DNA of 32,000 nt from Candidatus Syntropharchaeum caldarium (GTDB taxonomy: Archaea > Halobacteriota > Syntropharchaeia > Syntropharchaeales > Syntropharchaeaceae): NCBI GenBank assembly GCA_001766815.1, contig LYOS01000003.1, positions 85,254-117,253 of the forward strand, read 5' to 3'. Shown here piece after piece: positions 14,388 through 23,406 of this stretch (positions are counted from its first letter, which is position 1; every line of letters starts with the position of its first letter). The notes beneath the pieces were generated by a model. It saw only the letters and a list, made by a program, of their open reading frames with translations, ran no database searches and had not been told where the DNA came from. A program made the translations under genes and the position numbers.

Positions 14388-14554
14388 CTACTCTCCCTCT
14401 CTATTTTACTCCCACATCTTTTACAGATGCAGAAGGTACCCTCAAGTTTCACCGACTTGAAGCAGAGCCTCACTTCTGGATCTTCGATGATTCGGATCTC
14501 CTTTGAGCCACATGCTGGGCATCTTATCTCCACGAAAAATCTTTTGGAGTGCAA
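14372..14554 (-). CDS. putative small zinc-ribbon protein (CPxCG...CxxCG), overlapping the topA start by 16 nt
   Basis: 60-aa ORF with a TTG start at 14554; an alternative GTG at 14533 gives 53 aa (MEIRCPACGSK...CKRCGSKIE). It has four Cys in two knuckles. The TATA-like box at 14557..14565 sits about 28 nt upstream of the GTG, which fits a leaderless mRNA. There is no homology evidence. Confidence 0.4.
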   Translation of the reverse strand: MHSKRFFVEIRCPACGSKEIRIIEDPEVRLCFKSVKLEGTFCICKRCGSKIERESRCDIS

Positions 14555-14556
14555 TC

Positions 14557-14565
14557 ATATATAAG
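14557..14565. promoter_or_regulatory. TATA-like element in a divergent intergenic region (small Zn-ribbon/topA leftward, CoA-ligase gene rightward)
   Basis: atatataag is the only AT-rich TATA-like element in the 46-nt gap between the divergent genes. Confidence 0.35.
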
Positions 14566-14603
14566 ATAGATCGATAAAAGAGCAGTTATCGGTAAAGGGT
14601 TTG

Positions 14604-16025
14604 ATGATGAACTGTGAGATCAATGGCATGTTTGATCCCGAATCGCTCGTTGTGATCGGTGCATCAAGCAAGCGAGATTATTACTTTCTGAGGTGTCACG
14701 AGAATTTTAAAGGTAAACTCTATGCCGTCAATCGGAACGAAGAAGCAGGACGGGAGGTTATTCCAGGTGTCAAATTCTACAGGAGCGTGCTTGACATACC
14801 TGAAAAGATCGATTTCGCCATCATCGAGGTTCCAGGAGAAGAGATACCAGCAATCATCAGAAAGTGTGGAAAGCGAGGTGTGAAGTTTGCAACGGTCTTT
14901 GCATCAGGCTACAGTGAGCTTGGTACAGAAGCTGGAAAACACGCAGAAGAGGAACTCATCGAGGCGGCAAATGCTGCAGGGATTAAAATAATAGGTCCAA
15001 ACTGTATGGGGATCTACTATCCTGCAAAAGGCATGAGTTTCAGGTTTGATCTTTCAACAGAATCTGGTGAAGTATCATTTGTATCACAGAGTGGTGGACA
15101 TGCCCTGAACTTCTCGTTACTTGGAAGTATTCATGGTATAAAATTTGATAAGGTGATAAGCTATGGCAATGGGGCGATGATCGATAGCACCGACCTGATC
15201 GAGTACCTTATGCACGATCCGTCGACAGGAATCATCGCAGCCTACATCGAGGGTGTGAAGGATGGGAGAAGGTTTCTGAGTGTCCTGAAAGAGGCGGCAC
15301 AGATCAAACCTGTTATAATATGGAAAGGCGGAGTAACAGATGCAGGCGCATCCGCTGTCACGTCTCACTCTGGTTCACTGGCAGGTGATGCACGGATATG
15401 GGATGCGGCACTGAAGCAGGCTGGTGTGATCAGGGTGGATGATATGGATGAACTGATAGATGTCACAAGCACGCTCACAACTTCTCCACTTCCAGAAAAC
15501 AGGCGCGTTGGAATCATCTCGATCAGTGGTGGGCAGTGTGTTGTGCTCGCTGATCTTGCATCCAGATATGGCTTCAGGATACCTCCGCTTGGGGATGTGA
15601 CACGCGAAAAGCTCTCAAAGCTCATGCCCAACGTCGGAACAAGCATCAAAAACCCGATAGATGGTGCTGCATCATGGGCAAATCTGGGTACCGTGAAGGA
15701 GACGATAAGGCTTGTGATGGAGGATGAAGGGATCGATTCAGTGCTTATTGAGATCTCAATTCACTACATGCTTCATATTTTCTATCATAACGAGGAGGAC
15801 AGAATGAGTAGACTCTATGAAATCCTCTGTGAGCTTAAAAACCAATCGAGAAAGCCCTTCTTTGTGATACTCTCGCCTTCGAACTACTGGCATGAACGGA
15901 GACTGCTCGAAGAAAAACTTATTGAAAGCGGCGTTCCGGTATTCCCAGGATTTAAACGAGCTCTTAAAACACTTAAAAACCTGCTCCACTATAAAGAAAG
16001 GGGAGGAAGATCACTTTATGAATAA
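14604..16025 (+). CDS. ADP-forming acyl/acetyl-CoA synthetase alpha-subunit-like protein (CoA-binding plus succinyl-CoA-ligase-like flavodoxin domains)
   Basis: The CoA-binding N-terminus is LVVIGASSK..., followed by IIGPNCMGIY, SQSGG and the phosphohistidine-type segment VTSHSGSLAGD. The track begins at TTG 14601, and ATG 14604 is the first ATG. No ATP-grasp beta subunit is adjacent. Confidence 0.85.
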   Translation: MMNCEINGMFDPESLVVIGASSKRDYYFLRCHENFKGKLYAVNRNEEAGREVIPGVKFYRSVLDIPEKIDFAIIEVPGEEIPAIIRKCGKRGVKFATVFASGYSELGTEAGKHAEEELIEAANAAGIKIIGPNCMGIYYPAKGMSFRFDLSTESGEVSFVSQSGGHALNFSLLGSIHGIKFDKVISYGNGAMIDSTDLIEYLMHDPSTGIIAAYIEGVKDGRRFLSVLKEAAQIKPVIIWKGGVTDAGASAVTSHSGSLAGDARIWDAALKQAGVIRVDDMDELIDVTSTLTTSPLPENRRVGIISISGGQCVVLADLASRYGFRIPPLGDVTREKLSKLMPNVGTSIKNPIDGAASWANLGTVKETIRLVMEDEGIDSVLIEISIHYMLHIFYHNEEDRMSRLYEILCELKNQSRKPFFVILSPSNYWHERRLLEEKLIESGVPVFPGFKRALKTLKNLLHYKERGGRSLYE

Positions 16026-16998
16026 AGACGATGCATTGCGTTTGATCCTGCGGAATACGCAGGAGGTTGTTAAAGAAGATGAGCTCAGGGCACTTCTTGA
16101 GAACGAAAGGACACCAATCGCCTATACAGGCTATGAACCCAGCGGAAAGATCCACATGGGGCACATGCTCACCGTAAACAAATTACTCGATCTCCAGAAA
16201 GCTGGATTCAAGATAATTGTCCTTCTTGCAGACCTTCATGGTTATCTGAACGAGAAGGGATCGTTTGATGATGTCCAGAGAATTGCCGAGATGAACAGAA
16301 GGGCTTTCATCGCGCTTGGACTTGATCCAGAAAAGACTGAGTTTGTGAAGGGGTCGAGTTTTCAGCTTGAACCTGATTATATGCTTAACATCCTTAAGCT
16401 TGCAAGAGATACGACCCTGAACCGTGCAAAGCGTTCAATGGATGAGATCTCAAGGGGGATGGAAAACCCAAAGGTCTCACAGATGATCTATCCGCTCATG
16501 CAGGCGATGGATATTGCAAGACTGAATGTCGATCTTGCAGTAGGTGGGATCGATCAACGAAAGATTCACATGCTTGCACGCGAGAACCTGCCCCCTCTTG
16601 GCTTCAGAGCGCCGACATGCCTCCATACGCCCATCCTGCTGGGCCTTGATGGCGAAAAGATGTCATCATCCCAGGGTAACTACATCTCGGTCGATGATGA
16701 TGTGAACGCGATAAAGAAGAAGATCAGGGGTGCGTTCTGTCCTGCAAAGGTTATTGAGGATAATCCAATCATCGAGATCTTCCGCTACCACATATTTCCT
16801 CGCTTTGAGCGAATTGTGATCGAGCGACCTGAGAAGTACGGCGGCAATCTTGAGATTGAGAGCATTGAGGAACTTGGCAGAATTTTCAGTAAAGGAGAAC
16901 TTCATCCAATGGATTTAAAAAATGCAGCAGCCTCGTATCTAAACGAGATCATTGAACCTGTGAGATTGAAGATCGGAGAGGTAGATGATACGAGATAG
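16018..16998 (+). CDS. tyrS: tyrosine--tRNA ligase (archaeal type)
   Basis: From ATG 16018: MNKDDALRLILRNTQEVVKEDELRALLENERTPIAYTGYEPSGKIHMGHML (HIGH-like HMGH) and GEKMSSSQGN (KMSKS-like). The product is 326 aa. The track's extension back to 15892 lies inside the preceding gene and is rejected. Confidence 0.95.
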   Translation: MNKDDALRLILRNTQEVVKEDELRALLENERTPIAYTGYEPSGKIHMGHMLTVNKLLDLQKAGFKIIVLLADLHGYLNEKGSFDDVQRIAEMNRRAFIALGLDPEKTEFVKGSSFQLEPDYMLNILKLARDTTLNRAKRSMDEISRGMENPKVSQMIYPLMQAMDIARLNVDLAVGGIDQRKIHMLARENLPPLGFRAPTCLHTPILLGLDGEKMSSSQGNYISVDDDVNAIKKKIRGAFCPAKVIEDNPIIEIFRYHIFPRFERIVIERPEKYGGNLEIESIEELGRIFSKGELHPMDLKNAAASYLNEIIEPVRLKIGEVDDTR

Positions 16999-18178
16999 CT
17001 TTACGCTGGCTTACAGGAATATAAGAGAGCGGAAGTTTCGTTCATTTTTAACATTGCTTGGTATCTCTGTCGGGATTGCAGCAATAATCGGGCTTATCGC
17101 GATTGGAAGTGGAATGGAGGGTGCGATAACAGGACAGCTCACAGAGATGTCTGATCTTATAGTTGTTATGCCTGGGGAGATGACCACAGGGATGTACATC
17201 GAGCATGGTAGCTTCACGCAGCAGGATCTGAGAGACGTTGGACGGATAAGCGGCGTGAAGGATACAACAGCCATAACATGGGATTCCGCAACGGTTGAGT
17301 TCAGAAGATCAAAACGAGTAATTCAGGTTATCGGCGCAGATCCAGAAGATTTCTGGGTGATGTATGAGGGTAACGTCGACTTTGCTGAGGGTAGATGGCT
17401 CAGAAAGAACGATCATACAGGATGTGTTGTGGGGCATAACGTTGCAAATGACTATTTTGATGAAACAGTCCATGCAGGGGATAGAATAGATATAAACGGG
17501 CATAAGTTCGTTGTGATCGGGGTCTTTGAGAAGGGGAATGCGCTCACATCGAATGACGTTGATAACTACATCTACATTACTGATCGGGCTTCGAAGGGTG
17601 TGCTCGGGACAGACAAGATCTCATTCATCTATGTGACAGTTTATGATATTGATGATGCAGAGAAGATCGCTGATAAAATCGAGAAGGTCGTTGATAACAA
17701 CCACAAGCTCGATGATTTCACGAACGCAATGACGATGGGAAGTTTCATTGATCAGATCGGTGGGATCTTCAAGGTTATACAGGTTGTTCTTGTCGGGATT
17801 GCCGCAATTTCGCTGATTGTTGCCTCAATCGGGATCATGAACACAATGATGATGGCGGTGATGGAACGCACACACGAGGTTGGGATCATGAAGGCGATCG
17901 GTGCACGAAACAGAGATATTCTTATGCTCTTTCTGATTGAAGCTGGGGTTGTGAGCCTCATCGGGGGGATTCTCGGATGCATACTTGGTGCAGCTATGGC
18001 AATCGGTGCAGGTCGCGTTGCAACAGACTATGCAGGACTTGATGTGCCTGCTCCGATTACACCAGGACTTATTGCACTTGGTCTTGCAGTTGCATTGATT
18101 GTCGGGATTGGATCGGGTCTATACCCTGCGATGAAAGCTGCACGGATGAGCCCTGTCGAGGCTGTGAGGTATGAGTAA
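16985..18178 (+). CDS. ABC transporter permease, FtsX/MacB-like family
   Basis: The N-terminus MIRDSFTLAYRNIRERKFRSFLTLLGISVGIAAII is typical of MacB/LolCE permeases. It has a large periplasmic-type loop, and its C-terminal three TM helices contain MKAIGARNRDILMLFLIEA. It overlaps the tyrS stop by 14 nt. Confidence 0.9.
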   Translation: MIRDSFTLAYRNIRERKFRSFLTLLGISVGIAAIIGLIAIGSGMEGAITGQLTEMSDLIVVMPGEMTTGMYIEHGSFTQQDLRDVGRISGVKDTTAITWDSATVEFRRSKRVIQVIGADPEDFWVMYEGNVDFAEGRWLRKNDHTGCVVGHNVANDYFDETVHAGDRIDINGHKFVVIGVFEKGNALTSNDVDNYIYITDRASKGVLGTDKISFIYVTVYDIDDAEKIADKIEKVVDNNHKLDDFTNAMTMGSFIDQIGGIFKVIQVVLVGIAAISLIVASIGIMNTMMMAVMERTHEVGIMKAIGARNRDILMLFLIEAGVVSLIGGILGCILGAAMAIGAGRVATDYAGLDVPAPITPGLIALGLAVALIVGIGSGLYPAMKAARMSPVEAVRYE

Positions 18179-18204
18179 GAAGAGGAAAAAATTAACATGA
18201 TAAA

Positions 18205-18576
18205 TCAGATCACTTCGATGTACTCCTGAACTGTATTTACAAGCTCATCTGGATCAAATGGCTTTGTCAGATAATCGATCACGTACTCCTGTAGACCTTC
18301 TATCTTCTTACCTGGATCTTCCCTTGCCGTAAGCATGGCAATCAGATTCCCCTCAAAAAGCTCTTTATCAATCATCGCACGTATCGTATCCCACCCGTCC
18401 ATCTCTGGCATCATGATGTCCATCAATATGACACCCCGAAAACCTTTCTCCAGCGCTTCGATACACTCCTCTCCATTGCTGGCGGTCAAGATTGGTATAC
18501 CTTTTAATTCAAAGGCGATCTTAACTGCAAGCAGGATATCTGGGTCATCATCGACCACCATGACTTGTTCATCCAA
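18205..18576 (-). CDS. stand-alone response-regulator receiver (CheY-like) protein
   Basis: VVDDDPDILL...GVILMDIMMPEMDGWDT...LTAREDP...YLTKPFDPDEL contains the receiver acidic pocket, the phospho-acceptor D and the conserved K. The track start is TTG 18576; ATG 18561 (MVVDDDPD) is an equally plausible start. Confidence 0.9.
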   Translation of the reverse strand: MDEQVMVVDDDPDILLAVKIAFELKGIPILTASNGEECIEALEKGFRGVILMDIMMPEMDGWDTIRAMIDKELFEGNLIAMLTAREDPGKKIEGLQEYVIDYLTKPFDPDELVNTVQEYIEVI

Positions 18577-18768
18577 CTTAAGTCCCCTGATTAAAAGATA
18601 ACGATCTCAAAGCTTTTAAAATTTACCCTGATCACCCACCAACCATCGATATGAAGCGTATGAAAAGGTCAAACATTGAGAGTGCTTCCAGCATGAGGTG
18701 CATCTCACCTCTACAGTCAGACCTGGCCCTACCGCAGGTGGGCGTTTTGATGTGCGAAGGTGGGTGAA

Positions 18769-19302
18769 TCACGACACTCTGTAGTGTTTGTAGAGATATG
18801 CGATTCGCTGGATTGCTGAGAGGTGTGTCATCACCGCGATGATGGCAAGTCCTATATTGAGGTGGATAAATGAGAAGAGCAGGATCGTAATTATTGTCTC
18901 AGGTCTTCCAAAGAATCCAACGGCCTCGATTGGATCGTTTATCTTTCCGCTCACCCGACTTCTGTATCCAATCTCTGCGTAAACAACTGGTTTTATAAAG
19001 GTATTGATGAATGAACCGAAGAGCGCAAAGAGTGCAATTCGAGCATCCACGCCTCCAAGTGCGATGCCGATGATCACGAATGCATCAATGTACTTATCGA
19101 TGATCCAGTCGATTGCAGCGCCAAAATCTGATGAGTGTCCGATCCTGCGTGCAACATCTCCATCAAGAAGATCGAGTATAGATGAGATCAGTAGAAAAGC
19201 AGCACCACCTGCTGGATACGTTTTTGCATAAAAAATCGCCGCCACCACTCCTGAGATGAGTGAAAGTAAGCTCAACTGGTTTGGCGTAAGTCCAACCCGC
19301 AC
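18769..19302 (-). CDS. CDP-alcohol phosphatidyltransferase family protein (archaeal polar-lipid headgroup transferase)
   Basis: The full signature is present as DGDVARRIGHSSDFGAAIDWIIDKYID, matching D-G-x2-A-R-x8-G-x3-D-x3-D. The protein is polytopic and hydrophobic. The start at 19302 is GTG. Confidence 0.85.
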   Translation of the reverse strand: MRVGLTPNQLSLLSLISGVVAAIFYAKTYPAGGAAFLLISSILDLLDGDVARRIGHSSDFGAAIDWIIDKYIDAFVIIGIALGGVDARIALFALFGSFINTFIKPVVYAEIGYRSRVSGKINDPIEAVGFFGRPETIITILLFSFIHLNIGLAIIAVMTHLSAIQRIAYLYKHYRVS

Positions 19303-19495
19303 AGCAAATGCTGAAGCAGGGCGCAGCAGATAGGTAATCCTGTCTCGATGATCTGTTAGATTCAGTTATCAATCCCTCAACCCCTTGTTGCGGTTCTTAC
19401 ATATAATCTTTGCGTTAACTTTATATACTATATCAGGTGTAAGTAGAGCAGGAGGTTAAAGCGTTTTATGTAATTCTGGGTTTTGAGGTGTTGAC

Positions 19496-20458
19496 TTGGG
19501 GCTGAAAAAAGCTGAGAATACATCTGAGAACGAACTTGGCGATTATGATGACGTGATGCATGAGTGTCCTGAGTGTAGCAGCCACAATCTCATCCATGAT
19601 TACGAACGTGCAGAACTTGTTTGCGATGACTGTGGGCTTGTGATAGATGAGGCGTTCATCGATATGGGTCCTGAATGGCGGGCTTTTGATGCAGATCAGC
19701 GCTCAAAGCGTGTACGAGTTGGGGCGCCGATGACACTGACAATCCATGATAAAGGTTTGAGCACGATGATTGACTGGCGAAATCGAGATTCTTACGGAAA
19801 GTCAATCTCATCGAAACATCGTGCACAACTTTATCGGCTTAGAAAATGGCAGAGACGGATCAGAGTAAGCAATGCAACGGAGAGAAACCTTGTATTTGCC
19901 CTCTCAGAGATTGACAGGATGGCGTCATCTTTACGACTACCAAAGAACGTAAAAGAAGCTGCTGCAAAATTATACAGAGAGGCGGTGGAGAACAACCTGA
20001 TAAGGGGCAGGAGTATAGAGGGTGTCTCGGCTGCTGCTCTATATGTTGCATGTCGGGAGTGTAATGTTCCGCGAACCCTCGATGAGATTGGAAGTGTATC
20101 AAGGGTTGACAGAAAGGAGATTGGGCGAACCTATCGTTTTATTGCACGGGAACTCGGGTTGAAGCTACAACCCACATCACCGATCGATTACGTGCCTCGA
20201 TTCTGTTCAAGCCTAAATATGAGTGGCGAAGCACAGTCAAAGGCGATAGAGATACTGGCTCAGGCTGGTGACAAAGAGTTGACAGGAGGTAGAGGTCCAA
20301 CCGGGGTCTCTGCTGCTGCAATTTATATCGCATCGGTCATCTGTGGTGAGCGAAAGACGCAACGAGAAGTTGCGGAGGTTGCAGGTGTCACAGAGGTCAC
20401 GATAAGAAATAGATACAAAGAACTGGCAGAGGAGCTCAATATCGATATAATCCTCTGA
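19496..20458 (+). CDS. tfb: transcription initiation factor IIB (TFB)
   Basis: It has an N-terminal Zn ribbon ([26 protein letters not shown]), a B-finger/linker and two cyclin-like repeats ([18 protein letters not shown]... and [17 protein letters not shown]...). The TTG start has a GAGGTG RBS at 19485..19490. Confidence 0.95.
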   Translation: MGLKKAENTSENELGDYDDVMHECPECSSHNLIHDYERAELVCDDCGLVIDEAFIDMGPEWRAFDADQRSKRVRVGAPMTLTIHDKGLSTMIDWRNRDSYGKSISSKHRAQLYRLRKWQRRIRVSNATERNLVFALSEIDRMASSLRLPKNVKEAAAKLYREAVENNLIRGRSIEGVSAAALYVACRECNVPRTLDEIGSVSRVDRKEIGRTYRFIARELGLKLQPTSPIDYVPRFCSSLNMSGEAQSKAIEILAQAGDKELTGGRGPTGVSAAAIYIASVICGERKTQREVAEVAGVTEVTIRNRYKELAEELNIDIIL

Positions 20459-20473
20459 TCCAGTAACCTTATT

Positions 20474-20482
20474 TTTTATATA
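20474..20482 (+). promoter_or_regulatory. TATA-box candidate upstream of rpl11 (the preceding T-run may also terminate tfb)
   Basis: The sequence ccttaTTTTTTATATAc lies about 40 nt upstream of ATG 20518, and an AGGTGA RBS is at 20505..20510. Confidence 0.45.
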
Positions 20483-20517
20483 CGAGATCGAAGTATGGGT
20501 GCTCAGGTGAAGACAAT

Positions 20518-20991
20518 ATGGCAGAGGTTATAGAGGCACTTGTCACTGCCGGGAAGGCAACCGCGGGACCGCCGCTGGGTCCTGCACTCGGCCCGCTGGG
20601 TGTCAACATCATGGAAGTCGTGAATGAGATCAACAGAAAGACTGAAGGCTACGAAGGAATGCAGGTACCTGTGATCATCACTATCGAAGGAGGGAATGTC
20701 GATATCTCAGTAGGATCTCCCCCCACTTCAGCGTTGATCAAGAAGGAACTGGGGATCGAGGTTGCAAAACGAGAGAGTATCGAGGATATCGTCGGCAATC
20801 TCACGATCGAACAGGCGATAAAAATAGCAAAGATGAAGTTTGATGCGATGCTCTCGATCACGCTCAGGAGTGCACTGAAAGAGGTTGTGGGAACCTGTGT
20901 TTCGATGGGTGTGACAGTTGACGGTGCAAATCCAAAGGTGATTCAACGCAGGATTGATGATGGCGTGTACGATCATCTGCTCACATCATGA
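20518..20991 (+). CDS. rpl11: 50S ribosomal protein L11 (uL11)
   Basis: MAEVIEALVTAGKATAGPPLGPALGPLGVNIMEVVNEINRKT is the canonical uL11 N-terminal domain. Confidence 0.97.
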   Translation: MAEVIEALVTAGKATAGPPLGPALGPLGVNIMEVVNEINRKTEGYEGMQVPVIITIEGGNVDISVGSPPTSALIKKELGIEVAKRESIEDIVGNLTIEQAIKIAKMKFDAMLSITLRSALKEVVGTCVSMGVTVDGANPKVIQRRIDDGVYDHLLTS

Positions 20992-21115
20992 GCGATAGAT
21001 TGAAATACTGTCATTGAGAAGATGAGTTCAAATTAGATTGTGTAACATATCCGTAGCAGGCTAATGGCCGAAGAGGAATGTTTTATAAATCATTCTGTGA
21101 CTACGGGAGGATGAT

Positions 21116-21790
21116 ATGTCCAGCAAGAATAAAAAAGACGTTAAAGGTGATGGTGAGGTTTATTCAGTCCGTGATGGGATTGAGCGGGTTTTAAATGACT
21201 CACCAGAGCGAAAGTTCAGGGAAAGTGTGGAACTGGCGTTTAACCTCAGGAATGTGGATATGGAAAAACCTGCAAATCGTATTGATGAAGAGATCCTCCT
21301 TCCACATGGTACAGGCAAAGATCGAAAGATCGCGGTATTTGCAGGTGGTGAAGTTGCATTGAAAGCTGAAGAAGCGGGTGCAGACGCCCTCTCAGCAGAG
21401 GCAATCGCAAAACTTGCCGAAAACAAGAAGAAAGCAAAGGCTTTTGCGAATAAATATGACTTCATCATCGCGGAGGTCTCCATGATGCCCGAGATCGGTA
21501 AGAAACTTGGTATTGTACTTGGGCCAAGGGGTAAGATGCCCACCCCACTCGCGCCGGGTGTTGATGTTGCACCGATCATTGAGCGGATGAAGAAGACAAT
21601 ACGTGTCAGATCGCGGGATAAGACAACCTTTCACGCCCTGATAGGAACTCGTGATATGAGCACGGATGAACTTGCAGATAACGCCGAGACCGTGATAAAG
21701 CGCATTGTTTCAAAGCTGGAAAACGGGGCGCAGAACATCAGGTCGGTCTATGTCACAACGACGATGGGTACAGCAGCGAGGGTGATGTAA
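21116..21790 (+). CDS. rpl1: 50S ribosomal protein L1 (uL1)
   Basis: 224 aa. FRESVELAFNLRNVD...IAVFAGGE...FDFIIAEVSMMPEIGKKLGIVLGPRGKMP is typical of uL1. A GGGAGG RBS is at 21105..21110. Confidence 0.95.
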   Translation: MSSKNKKDVKGDGEVYSVRDGIERVLNDSPERKFRESVELAFNLRNVDMEKPANRIDEEILLPHGTGKDRKIAVFAGGEVALKAEEAGADALSAEAIAKLAENKKKAKAFANKYDFIIAEVSMMPEIGKKLGIVLGPRGKMPTPLAPGVDVAPIIERMKKTIRVRSRDKTTFHALIGTRDMSTDELADNAETVIKRIVSKLENGAQNIRSVYVTTTMGTAARVM

Positions 21791-21791
21791 T

Positions 21792-22850
21792 ATGACAGAA
21801 AGCGATGTAGCAAGAGGAGGCGTGCGTCACACAACACATATCCCGCAGTGGAAGCTTGATGAGGTTGCAGAGATCAAGCGCTTGATTGAGGAGTACAATG
21901 TATTTGGGCTTGTTGCACTACGTGGGATAAGTTCAGGGCAGTTACAGAAGATCAGAAGGGAGACGCGGGGTAAACTTGTGATCAAGGTAGCCAGAAACAA
22001 CCTCATCAGACGTGCCCTGACAGATATAGGCGGTGAGGTAACGAAGATGATCGATTACATCGAAGATCAGACTGCGATCGTCTACTCGAACCTCAATCCG
22101 TTCAAGCTTTACGATATACTTGAGAGTATGAAAGTGCCCGCTCCGATAAAAGGTGGGACTGTTTCACCAATCGATATTACGATTGAGAAGGGGCCAACTC
22201 CTTTCAACCCAGGTCCGATTGTAGGCGAACTCCAGAAGGCCGGGATACCCGCGGCAATCGAAGGCGGCAAGGTTGTGATAAAGACAACAAAAACCGTGGT
22301 GCACGCGGGAGAAACCGTATCGAAGGAGCTTGCATCGATGCTTACAAGGCTTGAAATATATCCTCTGACTGTTGGGCTTGATGTGAGAGCTATCTATGAG
22401 GATGGAATGGTCTTCGAGCCTGAAATGCTTGTAATAGACGTGGCGGCAACGGTGGCGAAACTCGCGCAGGGATACCACGATGCGTTTAACCTTGCGATGC
22501 ACTGTGCATACCCAACCGATGAGACGATCATACCGCTCATCCAAAAAGCATTTAAAGAGGGATACACTCTTGCATTAGAGGGTGCAATACCAGCACCTGC
22601 GATCATAGGGGATCTTCTACAGAGAGCACACAGAGATCTCATCCAGATCGCATCACTGCTTGCAGATACAGATGCACTTGATGAGGATCTGAAGGCAACT
22701 CTGGAGCTGGCCCCCAAATCTCTAACTCCAGTGAAAGAGGCTAAAGAAGTAGTTAAAGAAACTAAAGAGGCTACTGAAGAAGCAGCGGAGGACGAGGAAG
22801 AAAAAGTAGATGAAGAAGCAGCAGCGGGTCTTGGCTCGCTGTTTGGTTGA
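21792..22850 (+). CDS. rplP0: 50S ribosomal stalk protein P0 (uL10)
   Basis: 352 aa. It has the uL10 N-terminal domain and the acidic stalk tail ...[24 protein letters not shown]. The start lies 1 nt after the rpl1 stop. Confidence 0.95.
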   Translation: MTESDVARGGVRHTTHIPQWKLDEVAEIKRLIEEYNVFGLVALRGISSGQLQKIRRETRGKLVIKVARNNLIRRALTDIGGEVTKMIDYIEDQTAIVYSNLNPFKLYDILESMKVPAPIKGGTVSPIDITIEKGPTPFNPGPIVGELQKAGIPAAIEGGKVVIKTTKTVVHAGETVSKELASMLTRLEIYPLTVGLDVRAIYEDGMVFEPEMLVIDVAATVAKLAQGYHDAFNLAMHCAYPTDETIIPLIQKAFKEGYTLALEGAIPAPAIIGDLLQRAHRDLIQIASLLADTDALDEDLKATLELAPKSLTPVKEAKEVVKETKEATEEAAEDEEEKVDEEAAAGLGSLFG

Positions 22851-22867
22851 GTAAGGTGGTAATAATT

Positions 22868-23194
22868 ATGGAATACGTATATGCAGCACTCCTGGTACAT
22901 AAAGCAGGTGGCGAGATCACAGAGGATGCAATAAAGGCAGTACTGAACGCAGCCAATGTAGATGTGGAGGATACACGGGTTAAAGCCCTTGTTTCTGCAC
23001 TTGAAGGGATTGATATCGATGACGCACTCTCAAAGGCAACGGTCATCCCGCAGGCAGCTCCGGCAGCAGCGGGTTTAGCTGTAGAGGAACCTTCTGCACC
23101 AGCTGAAGAAGCAGCAACAGAAGAGGAGGAAGCCAAAGAAGAGGAAGCTGCTGAAGAGAGTGGAATGGAAGGTCTTGGGGCGCTCTTTGGTTGA
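22868..23194 (+). CDS. rpl12: 50S ribosomal stalk protein P1 (archaeal L12)
   Basis: From ATG 22868: [31 protein letters not shown]... ending ...[23 protein letters not shown]. An AGGTGG RBS is at 22854..22859. The track's TTG at 22847 is less likely. Confidence 0.95.
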   Translation: MEYVYAALLVHKAGGEITEDAIKAVLNAANVDVEDTRVKALVSALEGIDIDDALSKATVIPQAAPAAAGLAVEEPSAPAEEAATEEEEAKEEEAAEESGMEGLGALFG

Positions 23195-23204
23195 GCGCTC
23201 CGCT

Positions 23205-23279
23205 GCTCCGGTAGTGTAGCTCGGCCAATCATTCCGGCCTTTCGAGCCGAAGACCCGGGTTCAAATCCCGGCCGGAGCA
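23205..23279 (+). tRNA. tRNA-Glu (anticodon UUC)
   Basis: Manual cloverleaf, 75 nt. The acceptor GCTCCGG pairs with CCGGAGC. The anticodon arm is CCGGC-CTTTCGA-GCCGA, and the loop CT-TTC-GA gives UUC. The T arm is CCGGG-TTCAAAT-CCCGG, and the discriminator is A. No CCA is encoded. Confidence 0.9.
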
Positions 23280-23288
23280 TGGAAATAC

Positions 23289-23363
23289 GCTCCGTTAGTG
23301 TAGCTCGGCCAATCATGCAGGGCTCTCAATCCTGCGACAGGGGTTCAAATCCCCTACGGAGCA
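23289..23363 (+). tRNA. tRNA-Glu (anticodon CUC)
   Basis: Manual cloverleaf, 75 nt. The acceptor GCTCCGT pairs with ACGGAGC. The D arm is identical to the upstream tRNA. The anticodon arm is CAGGG-CTCTCAA-TCCTG, and the loop CT-CTC-AA gives CUC. The T arm is AGGGG-TTCAAAT-CCCCT. No CCA is encoded. Confidence 0.9.
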
Positions 23364-23406
23364 TTTAATAAAGAAGATGTTTACTTCCAGCCTCAGACCA
23401 CGCACG

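Noticed and set aside
15892-16017. Upstream extension of the tyrS ORF (track start 15892)
   Set aside because: The extension lies wholly inside the 3' end of the CoA-ligase-like gene in another frame. TyrRS homology begins at MNKDDALRLI (ATG 16018), which gives a normal ~326-aa archaeal enzyme.
18577-18768. A 41-codon plus-strand ORF (MKRMKRSNIES...) and short hairpin-like segments in the 190-nt gap between the response regulator and the lipid transferase, considered as a small gene or sRNA
   Set aside because: There is no RBS, TATA or motif support, and the stems are only 4-5 bp. This is indistinguishable from a chance ORF in a promoter/3'-UTR region.
20992-21130. Possible L1 autoregulatory mRNA site (a 23S-rRNA mimic, as described for Methanococcus L1 operons) around the rpl1 start
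   Set aside because: I could not recognise the binding-site consensus or a convincing helix by eye, so the claim would be unsupported without a covariance-model search.
21160-21579. 139-aa minus-strand ORF antisense to rpl1
   Set aside because: It is a shadow ORF inside a confidently identified ribosomal protein gene.
22394-23316. Minus-strand ORFs of 168 and 181 aa antisense to rplP0/rpl12 and running across both tRNA-Glu genes
   Set aside because: They are Ala/Ser-rich shadows of the GAA/GCA-rich acidic stalk tails. They overlap well-supported ribosomal protein genes and two foldable tRNAs.
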